Part shown: piece by piece, positions 36,737 through 46,184 of the stretch | How the letters are laid out: each line of letters begins with the position of its first letter | How positions within the stretch are numbered: the stretch's first letter is position 1 | From: Colwellia polaris | GTDB lineage: Archaea; Nanohalarchaeota; Nanosalinia; Nanosalinales; Nanosalinaceae | Assembly (NCBI GenBank): GCA_047617785.1 | Contig: JBLGBK010000007.1 | Location: forward strand, 1 to 47,501 | Length of the DNA: 47,501 nt | Direction of reading: 5' to 3' | The notes under the pieces: model-generated | Databases searched by the model: none | What the model saw: the letters and a program-made list of their open reading frames with translations, nothing else | Told to the model about the DNA's origin: nothing | Made by a program: the position numbers and the translations under genes

Positions 36737-37488
36737 CTTCACTTCTTTTCATTTCGGTTATACCAGCTTCAGCCTTCACAGTACAAGTTTCTATAGCTGA
36801 TATGACTTCTGCATCTGTTAAGGATGTTCAGTATCAGGAAAACGTGTCGACTGTTCAGAACATGAATGCTTCTATTGAGAATACAGGTTCTATTGGCTGT
36901 GGCTACAGACTTAAGGCAGACTACAGCTATGGCAATCAGAGCTTTGAACGGTACTCGGGAGAACATCAGCTTTGGCAGGGGGATTCAGATAGAGCCACGC
37001 TTCATCTTCTGGCTACAAACTATACCGGAACAGTTAGAGGCAACCTATCTGTCCAGTACTGTGGACAGGAAAAACAGGTAGAGAGATTCAACTTTACTAC
37101 AGAAAATGTTACGTTGCCAAATGCAACAGAAGTTAGAACTCTGAAAGCTGATGAAAAATCTGCAGAGATCAGGTCCTCACAATACAAAAGCGGACGACTT
37201 GTACCTATAGAAGCACCTTCTTACTGGAAAGCTTCTGCCGCTGAACTTGAGGAAGGCAAGGCAACGCTGGAGTACGAAGCACCGATTTTCGACCCAAGAG
37301 AAACCATAACCTATGCTTTGGTACAGAATCAGTCGGTTGAAGCAACAGTAGAAACAAGCTTGGAGGAAAACCCGACTCTTCTAAATCAGATTATGAATGC
37401 AAATCCAGCGCTTCTCTACATGGTAATCCTTTTACTCGCAGCGCTTAACGTCGCTCAAATACTTAGAACCCGCAGAAACAAGGATTAA
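36706..37488 (+). CDS. Single-pass surface protein (Ig-like, C-terminal TM and basic tail)
   Basis: Signal peptide, IENTGS, Cys pair, TM followed by RTRRNKD. Confidence 0.75.
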   Translation: MARYKAGILLTSLLFISVIPASAFTVQVSIADMTSASVKDVQYQENVSTVQNMNASIENTGSIGCGYRLKADYSYGNQSFERYSGEHQLWQGDSDRATLHLLATNYTGTVRGNLSVQYCGQEKQVERFNFTTENVTLPNATEVRTLKADEKSAEIRSSQYKSGRLVPIEAPSYWKASAAELEEGKATLEYEAPIFDPRETITYALVQNQSVEATVETSLEENPTLLNQIMNANPALLYMVILLLAALNVAQILRTRRNKD

Positions 37489-37524
37489 AGCTTTAAAGTA
37501 GTCAAGCACCAAATACATAACCAG

Positions 37525-40200
37525 ATGCCTAGCCATAACAAAAAGACAATACTGTTTCTAGCACTCATGTTTCTCACAGGTTTTGCAACAGCATCCTCAC
37601 ATGTAGATATGAGGGTTGCTCAAGAAGGTACAGGTTTTGTAGGCGGACAGCTTATCGAAGATAGTGATGGGCTGGAAACAACTGAATCGATGAAAGTTTC
37701 TCTATCTGTAAATAATACTTCAAAATATGATTTTTCTCAGGTACAAGCATCTGACTTTGAATTCGGTCAGGGCTTAAGCAATCCAGACATAGTTGATAGA
37801 GAAAAGGCAGAGTCAGCTAATACTACAGTATTCACATTAACTCCTTCCGTTGATTCATACGTTGAGGAAAGCATAGAATTAACATTCAACAAATCTGAGT
37901 TTGATAACGCAACTGTAACAGCGTCTTTCAATCCGCTTATCTACGAATGGAGCGCCTCCAAAGTTGGCGACACAAACCCTGGAAGAGACCTTAGCTATGA
38001 GCAAGTTGAAGATGGCGATTACCGTTTCTACCTGGATGTTGATCATATGGGAGATTCAAGTCTTCCTTCTTCTCCGCTCGATGATGAAAACTTCCGGTTA
38101 ACAATTCACGCGCTTAGAGATAAAAATGAGGACGGGTTTTCAGAAAGAGTTGATATCGATGAACTAGAGGACTTTGATGCAGATACCAACGAGTATGAGC
38201 GCCGAGAATGGTTAGAGCAATCACAGCCAGAGAGCGATTCAAATTACAACTACAAAGTTTCTCTGGATAACATGAATAGCTTGGACAGGCTTCCTGCTGG
38301 AAAATACATGTTTACAATGGAAGTGGCTTATGAAGCAGAATATGAGAGCCAGAGTCCAGTATATTTTGCAGTAGATGAGACTCGTGTAGATAAAAGCACA
38401 GAATTCTCAGGAGCGGTAAGGGATTCTACAGGAAGCGGAGTACGTACAGAGATGCTCTTGAACGGTAAAAAGAATACTAGAATCAATACTGGAGAGGACG
38501 GAACCTTTTCCACAACAATTGATCAAAGCAAGTTTGATTCAATTACGGCGGATTTCTATGATCGAGGTCAGGAATCGCCTGATTCCAGCGTAACACTTAA
38601 CGGTCCTGAAATATCTGAGAACTCAGATCTTGGCCTAGGAAGCTCAGCTATAAGATACCAGTACTGGAACAATCCTGACAACAGAATCGATGGATTGGAA
38701 TCGGTTAACATGATGGCGACAAAGTTCGCCTATCCTATTGACGGTGTGGACAGCCTCAGTATGGCATTCGATTCAGGCGAAGTAAATCTTGAGAAAATAC
38801 AGGTTTACAAGTGTAACTTCTGGAACTTTGACGGTGTAGAATGTATGGAGAACTGGGAAGAGGTTAGTGGTTCAAACGTTAACGTCAACTTCGCAGCTCT
38901 TAACGCAAATATTGAAGGCGTCAAACCGTACACCACTCCAACAGGCGAACCAATTCTAATGCATGCTTTCATCGTAGGTAAAAAATCTGATCTTCAGCTT
39001 CAAGAGTCTATCAGTGTTGAGTCCACAGACTTGACTTACAACAGCGAACTAGGTGTTTCAGGAGTGCTTGTTGATGAAAGTGGTGACCGCGTTGAGGATG
39101 CTGTGGTTACTCTAGGCCTGAAGGATACTGACCAGGCGTGGAATGCTACTACTGATTCTACAGGAACTTTCCGTTTCAACGATAGAGTGAGCGCTGAGCC
39201 TGGTAACTATGTGATGACTCTGGAAGCAGAGAAATCTCCTTACAACCCATTCACTATGGAAAGTGATGCAACTCTGAATGTGGAGTACGAGAAGGGTATA
39301 GAGACTGAGGCTCCTGCTGATCAGACTATAAGACAGGGGGAAAACAGTCAAATACAGTTTGAAGTTACTAATACAGGTCAGACAGCTGTTGAGAATATAG
39401 AGGTCTCTACTGAAGGAGTGAAAAGTCAGTACATAAAGTCGGTTGATAGTCCCGAAAGCATAGCTAGTGGTGAGACAGAAGCAGTTACAATTACCTTGGC
39501 TCTATCTGATGACTACTGTAGTGATACATGCTATCCTGAACTGAATGCGGATGTTGAAGGTTCTGCTGAAGGCGAAAAAGTTACCGCTTCAGCTTTACTA
39601 ACTACAACTCTGGAAGTGGAGCAGGACCAAGATGAGGGCGGTTCTGGCCAAAAGGAAACAGAGAATCAGGGACAGCAGCAAGAACCGAATAATACTAACT
39701 CCTCGCAGCAACCTGAGAATGAAACAGACAGTATTTCAGGTGCGTTCACTGAAGCGCAAAGAATGACTGGCGAGTTTGTTGAGCAGCAGAGTGATCTAAA
39801 TATTGCTCTCGGTTTGATTATGATCTTCACTCTGATTCTGGCGGCTGCTGTCAAGAAGAAAAAGGATCAGGGAGATAACGGTAGAGGCGGAAGGATGAAT
39901 AATCGATCTCGTCCTAACATTTCAGGAGGATCAACATCTTCTGAGTCAAGGGTTCAGAAGCCGGATGTCAGCTCAAAGAACAGAGGGTCTGATGTCGCTT
40001 CCGAGGATGATAGCTCTATGGTAGAAGAAGAGTCAGAAGTCGAACAGGAAGATATGGAAGCTGATGAGGAGGATGTTGAAGAAGACGAAGAAGTTGAACG
40101 GGAAGAGGGTTCCGAGTCAGGACCTGAGGTATGCGATGTCTGTGGTGAGGAATTTGAGAATGCTACAGGAGTGAAGATTCACAGACAAGCAGTTCACTAA
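37525..40200 (+). CDS. Large single-pass surface protein with an acidic cytoplasmic tail ending in a C2H2 zinc finger
   Basis: Signal peptide; carboxypeptidase-regulatory-like repeats (TGEDGTF, TDSTGTF); CARDB-like VTNTG; TM followed by KKKK; CDVCGEEFENATGVKIHRQAVH. Confidence 0.82.
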   Translation: MPSHNKKTILFLALMFLTGFATASSHVDMRVAQEGTGFVGGQLIEDSDGLETTESMKVSLSVNNTSKYDFSQVQASDFEFGQGLSNPDIVDREKAESANTTVFTLTPSVDSYVEESIELTFNKSEFDNATVTASFNPLIYEWSASKVGDTNPGRDLSYEQVEDGDYRFYLDVDHMGDSSLPSSPLDDENFRLTIHALRDKNEDGFSERVDIDELEDFDADTNEYERREWLEQSQPESDSNYNYKVSLDNMNSLDRLPAGKYMFTMEVAYEAEYESQSPVYFAVDETRVDKSTEFSGAVRDSTGSGVRTEMLLNGKKNTRINTGEDGTFSTTIDQSKFDSITADFYDRGQESPDSSVTLNGPEISENSDLGLGSSAIRYQYWNNPDNRIDGLESVNMMATKFAYPIDGVDSLSMAFDSGEVNLEKIQVYKCNFWNFDGVECMENWEEVSGSNVNVNFAALNANIEGVKPYTTPTGEPILMHAFIVGKKSDLQLQESISVESTDLTYNSELGVSGVLVDESGDRVEDAVVTLGLKDTDQAWNATTDSTGTFRFNDRVSAEPGNYVMTLEAEKSPYNPFTMESDATLNVEYEKGIETEAPADQTIRQGENSQIQFEVTNTGQTAVENIEVSTEGVKSQYIKSVDSPESIASGETEAVTITLALSDDYCSDTCYPELNADVEGSAEGEKVTASALLTTTLEVEQDQDEGGSGQKETENQGQQQEPNNTNSSQQPENETDSISGAFTEAQRMTGEFVEQQSDLNIALGLIMIFTLILAAAVKKKKDQGDNGRGGRMNNRSRPNISGGSTSSESRVQKPDVSSKNRGSDVASEDDSSMVEEESEVEQEDMEADEEDVEEDEEVEREEGSESGPEVCDVCGEEFENATGVKIHRQAVH

Positions 40201-40221
40201 AAAAGTAAGTTCTCTCTATTC

Positions 40222-41004
40222 TTAGTTTCCGAAGTTCTTCTTCAGGTTGTTCAGTTTACGTTTGAAACTGGCAAACTTCGGTCTTTCGAACTCTTTGCCT
40301 TCTAGATCGGCTGCTAGTTCTCTTATTTCAAGTGCGGCTTCTGCTAGTGGTTCGTGTTTTACTACGGGTGTTGATTCAAACAGGCTTTCACGCATTGTCT
40401 CATCATGAGGGATTTGTTTCAGTATATGGCTTTCTGTCATCATCTCTATCTCCCGTTCTACCAGTTCGATTTCTGGGTTGCCTGATGTCTTGTTGACTAC
40501 TGTTCCTAGTATAGGTATTCTGAGTTCTTTGGCTTTCTCTATTATCTGAGCTGCGTTAACTCCAGAGGTCTGTGTTGGCATGGTTACAATCATGAGTTCG
40601 TCGCAGGCCATCATTATGTTTTCCACTGTCTGGTTCAGTCCTGGAGGACAGTCGACAAGTACGTAGTCTGATTCTTCGGCTGCTGCTTCCAGTACTTCTG
40701 CTAGGTTCTGTGTATCAGGTTCTACGTAGTCGATTTCGTTTGAAGAAGTGATTGCTTTCACGCCGGTGGGGTGTCTGAATATTGCGGATTCCGGTTTGGC
40801 GTTGCCGTGTAGAACTTGTTGTATTTTGACAGGGTGGTCGTATCGGCCGAGGAATACTCCTAGGTTGGATGCGGAGAAGTCTGCGTCTACTATGGTTACT
40901 TCTTTGCCGTGTTCTCGGAGTGAAACTCCTAGGTTGGCTGTGAGGCTTGTCTTTCCTACGCCACCTTTTCCTGATATGAGGCCGATAATTCTGCCTTTAG
41001 ACAT
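40222..41004 (-). CDS. minD: Archaeal MinD-family ATPase
   Basis: SGKGGVGKT deviant Walker A, VDAD, DCPPG; amphipathic C-terminal helix. Confidence 0.9.
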   Translation of the reverse strand: MSKGRIIGLISGKGGVGKTSLTANLGVSLREHGKEVTIVDADFSASNLGVFLGRYDHPVKIQQVLHGNAKPESAIFRHPTGVKAITSSNEIDYVEPDTQNLAEVLEAAAEESDYVLVDCPPGLNQTVENIMMACDELMIVTMPTQTSGVNAAQIIEKAKELRIPILGTVVNKTSGNPEIELVEREIEMMTESHILKQIPHDETMRESLFESTPVVKHEPLAEAALEIRELAADLEGKEFERPKFASFKRKLNNLKKNFGN

Positions 41005-41093
41005 GTATAATATGGGATTGGGTGTTGAGAACTTAATAAATTCACGGACTTTTGGCCGACACTATAATAAGTTTTTACTCACACATAGTAAAT

Positions 41094-41507
41094 ATGGAAA
41101 GTTTTTGGACAGGCCTTGCAGCTCTAGCAGTACTGATAGTAGTATTGCTGGTAAGTGTATCAGGACAGGCTCAAGGTTTAGAACTTAGAGATTTTGAGAC
41201 AGAGTGCAAGTACGATAGAACTGCAGACACAGATATCTCCTTGACTAATGACAACAGACTTATTTTCAAAGGTATTTTCGATGTAGACAGCCCAGATAGC
41301 GATTTAACCTATGACTATAAGTCAGGGAAGAACATCGTACTGAACTTGAAGTCAACAGAGAATCCGCCGACACCTACCTTTGTAGATGACTGTAACGGAG
41401 TAGGAATTTACCACTTCAAAACAGGTGAGCTACAATCAGGTACCTACAATGTAGAGGTAAAGGTTAACGGCGAAAGACAGGAGAAACAGATAATCACTGT
41501 CAAATAA
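41094..41507 (+). CDS. Secreted/anchored hypothetical beta-rich protein
   Basis: Hydrophobic N-terminus from ATG 41094, Cys pair, GTYNVEVKVNG. Confidence 0.7.
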   Translation: MESFWTGLAALAVLIVVLLVSVSGQAQGLELRDFETECKYDRTADTDISLTNDNRLIFKGIFDVDSPDSDLTYDYKSGKNIVLNLKSTENPPTPTFVDDCNGVGIYHFKTGELQSGTYNVEVKVNGERQEKQIITVK

Positions 41508-41615
41508 ACTAAATTTTTTCTCTTCTCTTTCTATTTATATTTCTCAAAGATATAGCAGAGCTAGCTTATAGCAATTCAGACTAAATAGGTAGAAGTTTAG
41601 AAAAGAAGAATAATT

Positions 41616-42179
41616 CTACAGAAGCTGATCTTCAGCTTCTTCAAGCTCGTCCTGTATCTGTTCTAGTGCTTTCTCAACTAGCTCTTCGTTGCTGTACCCT
41701 GAGCTTGATTCGATTCGGAACTCATATTCGCCTTCACCTGTCTTCTCATATCCTACTGTTCCTCCTTGGTGCTTGGCGTGTTCGTCTCCATAACCTAGTT
41801 CTGCTTCAGCTTCAAACTCGAGATCTTGTCCTTCTTTCAGTTTTACAAGAAGAACATCGTTGACTGGTTCGGCCTCCTCGTTGTCGGTCTGGAGGTCCTC
41901 TCCTGTGACTCGTGCTGGTCCTTCCTTCTTAACTGCGACGTGGAGAGTGTCTTCTTCGTTGAACTTCTGTGGTACTGTAAACGGTACCTGTCCTACACGG
42001 TTCGCGAGCGTTTCATCGAAAAGACCTGAACCATTTTTGGTAATCTGTAGAGTTTGAACGGCAAGTGTAGGTACCTTTACCATAATACCTCTCCGCAGAG
42101 CGTTTGCTACTGCGTCGTTTGCATCTTCAAGTTTTAGCTTCAGTACATCGCCGTCTTCTTCTACTTTTTCAAGATTCAC
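41616..42179 (-). CDS. rpoD: DNA-directed RNA polymerase subunit D (Rpo3), short form
   Basis: ANALRR, VPTLAV, DETLANRVGQVP, G.G.EHAK; position after rps11. Confidence 0.93.
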   Translation of the reverse strand: MNLEKVEEDGDVLKLKLEDANDAVANALRRGIMVKVPTLAVQTLQITKNGSGLFDETLANRVGQVPFTVPQKFNEEDTLHVAVKKEGPARVTGEDLQTDNEEAEPVNDVLLVKLKEGQDLEFEAEAELGYGDEHAKHQGGTVGYEKTGEGEYEFRIESSSGYSNEELVEKALEQIQDELEEAEDQLL

Positions 42180-42197
42180 AGATTAATAACCTCTAAA

Positions 42198-42578
42198 TTA
42201 TACTCTTCTTCCACGTTTTCCGCCTTTCTCTCGGCAGCTGTCGTGTGGGATAGGTGTTACGTCTTCAATGTTTCCGACGTCAAGTTCAGATCGTGAGATT
42301 GCACGGATTGCTGGCTGTGCGCCTTTACCCGGGATCTTCATCTTCTGACCACCGGGAGCTCTTACCTGGATATCAACTTTCTCAATTCCTTTCTCCATTG
42401 CTTCTTCAACAGCCTGCTTTGCTGCCTTCATAGCCGGGAAAGGCTGACCCTGTAGTCGGCCTTTGTCTGTTACCATTCCTGCTGATACTCGTGCAAGGGT
42501 TTCTGCTCCTGTGCCGTCGGTGATATGTACCATTGTGTTGTTGAAACTGGAGTAGATGTGTACGATTCCTTTCTTCAT
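42198..42578 (-). CDS. rps11: 30S ribosomal protein uS11
   Basis: [38 protein letters not shown]. Confidence 0.97.
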   Translation of the reverse strand: MKKGIVHIYSSFNNTMVHITDGTGAETLARVSAGMVTDKGRLQGQPFPAMKAAKQAVEEAMEKGIEKVDIQVRAPGGQKMKIPGKGAQPAIRAISRSELDVGNIEDVTPIPHDSCREKGGKRGRRV

Positions 42579-43132
42579 TATTCTTCACCTTCTTCGTCTT
42601 CGTTTTCTTCTGAAGCTTCAGCTTCCTGAGACTCGCCTGAGTCCTCTGCTTCTTCTGTCTCTTCTTCGGTTGGTTCAGGTAGCTCTACTTCGATTTTCTT
42701 TTCTTCTGTTGTTGTGAGTAGATATCCGGGGACTGTTACTTTCTGTCCGTCTACGTAGACGTGTCCATGGCTTACAAGCTGTCGTGCTTCGTTGATTGTG
42801 TCGCTGTAACCTCTTCGATTAACAGCTGTCTGTAGTCTTCTGTCTAGGAAGTCTTCTACCCTTAGTGTTAGTATGTCTTCTAGCTGTGCATCGCTTTTTG
42901 TTAGACCTAGTCTTTGAACTTTGTTAAGTAGGTCTTCTCTCTGTTCTTCGTCTTCGGATGCGTTTAGCTTACGTGCTTCTCTTCGAATGCTTCGAAGTTG
43001 GCTCTGTGCCTTGTAAACTTCTCTCTTGTTTTTAAGTCCGTATTCCTCGATTAGGTTGTGTTCGTTCTGGATGCGTTCTTCGTCCCATCCTTCGTTCGGT
43101 GTCTCGTATTGTTTCTTTAGTTTCTTTACCAT
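42578..43132 (-). CDS. rps4: 30S ribosomal protein uS4
   Basis: [29 protein letters not shown]; start set at 43132; acidic tail. Confidence 0.96.
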   Translation of the reverse strand: MVKKLKKQYETPNEGWDEERIQNEHNLIEEYGLKNKREVYKAQSQLRSIRREARKLNASEDEEQREDLLNKVQRLGLTKSDAQLEDILTLRVEDFLDRRLQTAVNRRGYSDTINEARQLVSHGHVYVDGQKVTVPGYLLTTTEEKKIEVELPEPTEEETEEAEDSGESQEAEASEENEDEEGEE

Positions 43133-43146
43133 GATAATCACCTAGT

Positions 43147-43632
43147 TTATTCGTCTCCACCGTCAGGAGATGCTTCTTCCTGGATACGTGCTCGGGATAC
43201 TCCGATTTTGCTTCCAGATCTGAATGAGGACTGTGTCTTCTGTCCACGTACAGGTAGTCCCTGTTCGTGTCTCCAGCCTTTGTAGCTGTCGATTTCCTTC
43301 ATTCTTCTGATATCGAACTCTTCCTTTAGTTCAAGGTCGGATTCAATTAGGTGGATGTTGTCTCCTGTTTCTAGATCTTTACGTCGGTTTCTGATCCAGT
43401 CAGGTAATTCGAGTTCTTCCGGGTTCTGAAGTTTATCTTCAATATTATCAATTTTTTCATCATCAAGTGTTCCGATTTTTGTTTCTTCTAGTTCCATCGA
43501 CGTTGCAACTGCATTAGCGTACATATCTCCTACGCCTTTTAGTGCAGTTAGTGCTTTTCCTACTGGCTGTGTTCCGTCGATACCTGTTCTTGCTATTCTT
43601 ACAACTTCTTTGATCTGCTGTTCTTCAGACAT
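43147..43632 (-). CDS. rps13: 30S ribosomal protein uS13
   Basis: ALTALKGVG, NRRKD, SYKGWRH..GLPVRGQKT. Confidence 0.97.
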   Translation of the reverse strand: MSEEQQIKEVVRIARTGIDGTQPVGKALTALKGVGDMYANAVATSMELEETKIGTLDDEKIDNIEDKLQNPEELELPDWIRNRRKDLETGDNIHLIESDLELKEEFDIRRMKEIDSYKGWRHEQGLPVRGQKTQSSFRSGSKIGVSRARIQEEASPDGGDE

Positions 43633-43703
43633 GTTTTGAACCCGTACAACTGATTTCTTCTCTTAAATTTTATAAAGGTGTAATAGAAGGGTGAAAAACC
43701 GGT

Positions 43704-43988
43704 TTACTTCTCACCGGTTTTCTTGATAATATGCCATCCAAACTCTGTTTCTACAGGATCGCTGACTTCTCCTTCGTCTAGGTCGAATGCTACTTTTTCG
43801 AATGCAGGAACCATTTTTCCTCTTCCGAACCATCCAAGGTCTCCACCGTTGTCGCCGGAAGGTCCTGTACTTTTCTCCTTCGCAAGCTCTGCGAAGCTTT
43901 TGTCGGTTCTTTCTAGATCTAGTTTGACTTGTTTAGCATGTTCTTCGTTGTCTAAAAGGATGTGTGATGCACGTATCTCGTCGCTCAT
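43704..43988 (-). CDS. ppiC: Single-domain parvulin peptidyl-prolyl isomerase
   Basis: ASHIL, FAELAKEKS, GGDLGWF, MVPAFE, TEFGWHII. Confidence 0.93.
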   Translation of the reverse strand: MSDEIRASHILLDNEEHAKQVKLDLERTDKSFAELAKEKSTGPSGDNGGDLGWFGRGKMVPAFEKVAFDLDEGEVSDPVETEFGWHIIKKTGEK

Positions 43989-44028
43989 AATCTACCAGTT
44001 GGTTGGAAAAAGATAAGAAAAAGAGGGG

Positions 44029-44808
44029 TTATGATAGCAGGCCTTCGAGAATTGAGATGATGTTCTGAATTACTCCATCATTGCTCCTTTCTGAACTGTC
44101 GCGTTCCCTAGTTGTTGAGTCGCCCGTTGAACTGCTGTCGCTGTTTGAGGTGTCTTCCTGATTGTTGGTTTCTTCATCTTGATTGTCCGTTGTTTCGTCT
44201 TCAGTCTGATCAGCAGTGTCTTTGGAGTTCTCGTTTGTTGTGTCGTCACTGGTGTCGGTTTTCTCATCGTTGGTAGAATCACTGTCCTGTGTGTCATCTG
44301 AAGTTTCTTCACTGCTTGAAATGTCTTCTGCGTTGACAACGTTCAGTGTGGTTGTTGATTCTCCGTTACTGCTGTCGTTGATAGTTACTTCTACAGGGAA
44401 GCTGTCGAACTGTTCCGGATAGGTGATTCCTATGTCCAGTGTGATGTTGCCTGTGACAGATCCTTCTCCATCACGGCTGAGACCGACTTTAACACTCTCC
44501 TTTACTCCATCGTTATCGCTGTCTACCAGTGTTTTACTGCTGGAAATAGAGATATTGGACTGGACATCATTAGGTGAGAGACTTTCGTTCAGAAAATGAG
44601 GGAACTCGAAGTAAGCCTCGTCTGTATCTCCGTCTGCGCTCAGGTTGTCAACTACAACGTTGAATTCCTGATTACTTACTGTGGTGTTCGGTTCAACCTC
44701 TTCGGGGTTGACATAACCGGCTTCTGCATCTACGGTCTGCGCGGAAGCAGCTCCAAATAGAGAAACTGCTACGAGTGATACTGCCAGAATCTTGGTCTTC
44801 GTGTTCAT
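44029..44808 (-). CDS. Secreted protein with a D/T/S-rich stalk and amphipathic C-terminus
   Basis: Signal peptide from ATG 44808, beta domain with DSDNDG, low-complexity linker, VIQNIISILEGLLS. Confidence 0.75.
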   Translation of the reverse strand: MNTKTKILAVSLVAVSLFGAASAQTVDAEAGYVNPEEVEPNTTVSNQEFNVVVDNLSADGDTDEAYFEFPHFLNESLSPNDVQSNISISSSKTLVDSDNDGVKESVKVGLSRDGEGSVTGNITLDIGITYPEQFDSFPVEVTINDSSNGESTTTLNVVNAEDISSSEETSDDTQDSDSTNDEKTDTSDDTTNENSKDTADQTEDETTDNQDEETNNQEDTSNSDSSSTGDSTTRERDSSERSNDGVIQNIISILEGLLS

Positions 44809-44891
44809 AAAGTGTTTTTTCACCTGTGTGGGCGGTTCTTATCAGCTTTTAAACTAGTTGTCCGATTATAGAATTTTTTGGTAAAAAAAGG

Positions 44892-45887
44892 TTATTCTAG
44901 CTGGTCGTAGTGTTCGGTGTATACTTTCAGAAGCGACTTTGCTATACCAAACATTACCGGTCCAACAAATATTCCGATCGGTCCGAAAACACCAATACCT
45001 CCTATTACCCCGAAGATGATGAACAAAGGATGTATGTCGGCTTCTTCGTCTACAAGGAATGGTCGGAGGAAATTGTCTACTGATCCGACTATTACAAGTC
45101 CATAGGCTAGCAGGAGTCCTCCGGCGTAGATCTGTCCGTTTATCAACAGGTAGATTCCGGCTGGCGCCCATATAAGGGCTGTTCCTATAAGCGGTATCAG
45201 ACCAAGGATTATCATCATGAATGTCCAGAACGCAAGGTTGGAGATACCTGCCAGAAAGAGTCCAAGTCCAGCTACAATTCCTGAGACTAGTGCTGTTATG
45301 ACGTGTCCTTCTATTACGGTGCGGGTTGTTCGGGCTGTTTTTCTGTAAAGCTGTTCCTGGATCTTATTTGGGAGTACATCCAGCTTTTTGCTCCATTTTA
45401 CAACCGTCTTCCCTTCTTTCAGTGCGTAGTACTGCGTAAATAGCAGGATTGAGACCCCGATTGCGAATCCACTCGCAAAGTCAACTATCTGTGAGGTGCT
45501 GCTAAGGACTGTGCTTCCGATGGTTTCAATCGATGATTTCAGTTGTTCTTCAAGTGAGAACTCCGAGCCGGTCAGGGCAGAGAGCTGTTGCTCGATCAAT
45601 CCCAGATCTATATTCTGTTCCTGTATAGATTCTACGACTGCTGCTGCGTCGTTAGCGACGACACTCAATAAGAGGATAAGCGGCATTAACGCAAGTACAA
45701 TTGTTAATAAAACTGTCAGCGACGAACTGTACCGAAGATGCTTAGCTATCCTTTCCTGAACTGGTTTCAGAACAAATGCCAGAACTACTCCAGTAAGGAT
45801 ATATCCTAGATAAGGTAGAACCATAAGTGAGCAAACCGCTAGCACGGTTCCAAGGAGCAGGAGTAGAAATGTTTTCTTCCGGTTCAT
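44892..45887 (-). CDS. AI-2E family transporter
   Basis: LAFVLKP, LIPLIGTALIWAP, DNFLRP, IHP...GGIGVFGPIGIFVGP. Confidence 0.92.
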   Translation of the reverse strand: MNRKKTFLLLLLGTVLAVCSLMVLPYLGYILTGVVLAFVLKPVQERIAKHLRYSSSLTVLLTIVLALMPLILLLSVVANDAAAVVESIQEQNIDLGLIEQQLSALTGSEFSLEEQLKSSIETIGSTVLSSTSQIVDFASGFAIGVSILLFTQYYALKEGKTVVKWSKKLDVLPNKIQEQLYRKTARTTRTVIEGHVITALVSGIVAGLGLFLAGISNLAFWTFMMIILGLIPLIGTALIWAPAGIYLLINGQIYAGGLLLAYGLVIVGSVDNFLRPFLVDEEADIHPLFIIFGVIGGIGVFGPIGIFVGPVMFGIAKSLLKVYTEHYDQLE

Positions 45888-45919
45888 ATTTCCCTAGTTT
45901 GTTCTTGTCTATAGTTTTT

Positions 45920-45992
45920 TAGCCCCACCCGGATTCGAACCGGGGTCGCCGGCTCCAAAGGCCGGTGCACTTGACCACTATGCTATGGGGCT
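45920..45992 (-). tRNA. tRNA-Gln(TTG)
   Basis: AGCCCCA/TGGGGCT acceptor (A1-U72), CCGGC-CTTTGGA-GCCGG anticodon arm, TTCGAAT T-loop. Confidence 0.96.
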
Positions 45993-46184
45993 GCTACCGT
46001 ATTTTTCAGGTGTTAATTGAACACTTAAGAAAGGGATAGGAAATTTTTCAAATATAGGGTTAAATTATTCTTTGAGATAGGTAGTGTCGTTTATTTGGAT
46101 TATATTGGAGGTGTTTCTCACTGTATTCAAGTCCTGTAAGCTATGTATTAGTTGACTGAGTTTGTCATACTGGTCATATCTAAT

